DNA of 37,384 nucleotides from Octopus bimaculoides. Lineage: Eukaryota. Positions 35,114-37,384 of the stretch are shown here, one piece after another; position 1 is the stretch's first letter; every line of letters begins with the position of its first letter. A program made the translations under genes and the position numbers. The DNA lies in NCBI RefSeq assembly GCF_001194135.2, contig NC_068999.1:50110460-50147843 (forward strand), written 5' to 3'. The notes under the pieces were generated by a model, which saw only the letters and a list, made by a program, of their open reading frames with translations, made no database searches and had not been told where the DNA came from.

Positions 35114-35196
35114 CTGGTCGGGTGAACCATGATGCGGCATTCAGTTCCCCCTTTTCTCGATTGACTCCTCGGAAGCGAGATACTCTCTCTAAAAGC
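35114..35196 (-). CDS. Bromodomain-containing protein, internal exon (helix Z and start of ZA loop): LLERVSRFRGVNREKGELNAASWFTRP
   Basis: Acceptor ttttcctgcag|G, donor CCAG|gttagt. 83 nt, phase 2 to 1, open frame. Joins in frame to the next exon over a 128-nt intron, giving WFTRP-V-DP. Confidence 0.85.
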
Positions 35197-35351
35197 CTGC
35201 AGGAAAATAATTCTTAAGATAAACAGGGTTGGTATTTCCCTTACACAGTCTAAAAATTATAAAAGCATGAAGCATGATGTTTTTTGACACTCCTTGTTGA
35301 CAAACTGTCCTATAATTCTTTACTTTCAAATATGAGTATCCTTTAGCCAAA

Positions 35352-35530
35352 TGAATTGACTCCAGGACTGTTTTTTTTTAAAGTCTGATACTTATTCTAT
35401 TGGTCTCTGTTGCTGAACCACTAAGTTACAGGAATATCAACGCACCAACACCAGCTATCAAGCAGTAATGGGGTCAAACAGACACACACACACCATGTGG
35501 TTGAGAAGCAAGCTTGTTACCACACAGCCA
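35352..35530 (-). mobile_element. SINE family A, internally deleted
   Basis: tacttattctattggtctctgttgctgaaccactaagttac joined to the head ccatgtggttgagaagcaagcttgttaccacacagcca. Confidence 0.7.
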
Positions 35531-35554
35531 AGATAGATAGATAGATAGGATGTA

Positions 35555-35930
35555 AAGAGCATCCAGTCCACACTGTGAAGTGGTTGGCATTTGGGAAGGC
35601 ATCCAGCTGTAAAATCCATGCCAAAACTGACCTCGCCTGTGCTGGTGCTATGTAAAAGGCACACAGTCCACTGTGGGGTGGTTGGTGTTAGGAAGGGCAT
35701 CCAGCCATAAAAATCATGCCAAAACAGACACATTAGACTGAGGACTGGCAAACTAGATGGCTGCACCAGGCTCCCATCATCATCCTTTAACGTCCGCTTT
35801 CCATGCTGGCATGGGTTGGACGATTTGACTGAGGACTGGCAAGCCAGATGGCTTGCACCAGGCTCCAATCTGATCTGGCAGAGTTTCTACAGCTGGATGC
35901 CCTTCCTAACGCCAACCACTCCGAGAGTGT
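35555..35930. mobile_element. Cluster of family C copies: two plus-strand units followed by nested minus-strand copies
   Basis: Plus-strand cores near 35580 and 35678. Minus copy at 35775-35930 has an atcatcatc tail. gactgaggactggcaa is duplicated at 35736 and 35827. Confidence 0.8.
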
Positions 35931-37124
35931 ACCCAACCACATAGTATACTTTTAACACAGCACATCTGCGAGAGATTTTATCTTGGATGCAAACTGCAGT
36001 ATACTGCCTGTCAACGTATATACATTAAGTATGATACATAGATGGCTAGCTTATGTTATGCTTGTCACCAAGTAAAGAACTATTCTGACTGTTTAGGGTT
36101 CAATATAAATTTGTTCTATACTGCATTCAAGCTTTATCATTAGTTGAATAGTATCACATCACAGTTTGGCTTTATCTTAGAATGGTGATTGCCTCTAAAG
36201 ATCTTCCTTTAGTCAATGCATGTCTTGTATAATGATGATGATGATGATTTATTCAGCTAAACTGCTCAGATATACTAATGTATCTCAGCCATATTTCCCA
36301 CCACCAGCATCACTGTGAGTTTTGGGGATTTGCTTGTGCCATGTTCTTGGCAATAATATCTGCTTAATTCCCTCCAGATCTACCATTCACTGCTGTTGGC
36401 CTTGTAAGATAGGGAAGAAGAAAAAAAGAGAAACTAACAAAGACAGCACAAAACTCGTCTTAGAATCCTTAAATAGAGAATATGCGAGAGAGGGAGAGAG
36501 AGAGAGAGAGAGAGACAAACAGCGAGAGAGAGAAAATAAGAGGGAGAGAAGCAAAGTCTAGGAAGAAATACTGCAATAAGATAGTATACTTGCAACATCA
36601 AATAAATACTATTATTTGCATCATTATTATCAATAACAATCAGCAACTCTCATCACCGAATGCTTCCTATCCACTGACCCTCCCNNNNNNNNNNNNNNNN
36701 NNNNNNNNNNNNNNNNNNNNNNNNNNNNNNNNNNNNNNNNNNNNNNNNNNNNNNNNNNNNNNNNNNNNNNNNNNNNNNNNNNNNNNNNNNNNNNNNNNNN
36801 NNNNNNNNNNNNNNNNNNNNNNNNNNNNNNNNNNNNNNNNNNNNNNNNNNNNNNNNNNNNNNNNNNNNNNNNNNNNNNNNNNNNNNNNNNNNNNNNNNNN
36901 NNNNNNNNNNNNNNNNTCCCTCACTTTCTTCTTCTCCCTTCTCTTTTCCTCACCTGTTTCTCTTTCTCTCTCTCTCTCTCTCTTTCTCTCCCCTCTGATG
37001 GCCTACTTATAACTCACATATGGTTCTTCAGCTATCTTCTGTGGTACACTGCACACGAGCAATACCTCCCTCTACCTGATCTTCACTCAGCGAGCGACAC
37101 TGATTAACATAGTGTGAATACACA

Positions 37125-37164
<40 letters not shown>

Positions 37165-37384
37165 GTAGACCTACCTCTAACAGCTAATGCATTCTTATAA
37201 AAACTTGGGGCGAAAAAAGCAAATCACACCACAGATTCTCTCTCTCTCTCTCTCTCTCTTACTCACACACATACAGAGTTTATAAAGTGCAGCTGGTTAA
37301 AAATGCTATTTATTTATTGTATTTTAAATACATGAGAGTTAGTTCTTATAAAGTTGATAGTGTATGATGAGAAGTAAAGAGCTT

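Noticed and set aside
14371-35930. CRISPR-like recurring gttaggaagggcatccagc motif
   Set aside because: Dispersed in both orientations inside retroposon copies in a eukaryotic context; no repeat-spacer array and no cas genes.
36270-36400. Minus-strand exon after tcttacaag
   Set aside because: Stops in all three frames shortly after the acceptor.
3928-36924. Long ORFs made mostly of X (e.g. 6782-7634, 15727-16797, 28873-29817)
   Set aside because: They are open only because N codons contain no stops.
37005-37100. Upstream exon of the bromodomain gene near the gtgagt donor at ~37008
   Set aside because: The required phase-2 end forces an in-frame stop, and the acceptors are poor. The real upstream exon is probably outside the window or in the 36685-36916 gap.

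Overview
Eukaryotic, AT-rich genomic DNA with eight N-gaps and many microsatellites. Its tRNA-derived SINEs and RTE-tailed repeats resemble coleoid cephalopod (octopus-like) elements; the taxon is inferred from recalled repeat sequences, not from a search. Nearly all long ORFs in the track are artefacts of Ns, microsatellites or SINEs. The best-supported coding signal is a spliced minus-strand gene: exons 35196-35114, 34985-34906 and 32269-32105 have canonical GT-AG sites and matching phases, and join into a complete bromodomain of unassigned family. At the left end, a strong plus-strand acceptor at 3360/3361 opens CT GGC AAC TAA CCCTAT, which resembles the micro-coding last exon of Quaking/QKI-5 (…TGN*). 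Its stop codon lies inside an ACUAAC STAR-protein site, with further ACUAAY elements at candidate branch points, suggesting a conserved autoregulatory 3' end; this is a moderate-confidence inference. The centre (~13-26 kb) looks CpG-richer and holds TE remnants and a promoter-like, tandemly duplicated first-exon/donor unit at 25.4-25.9 kb. Several closely spaced inverted repeat pairs could form dsRNA substrates for ADAR.
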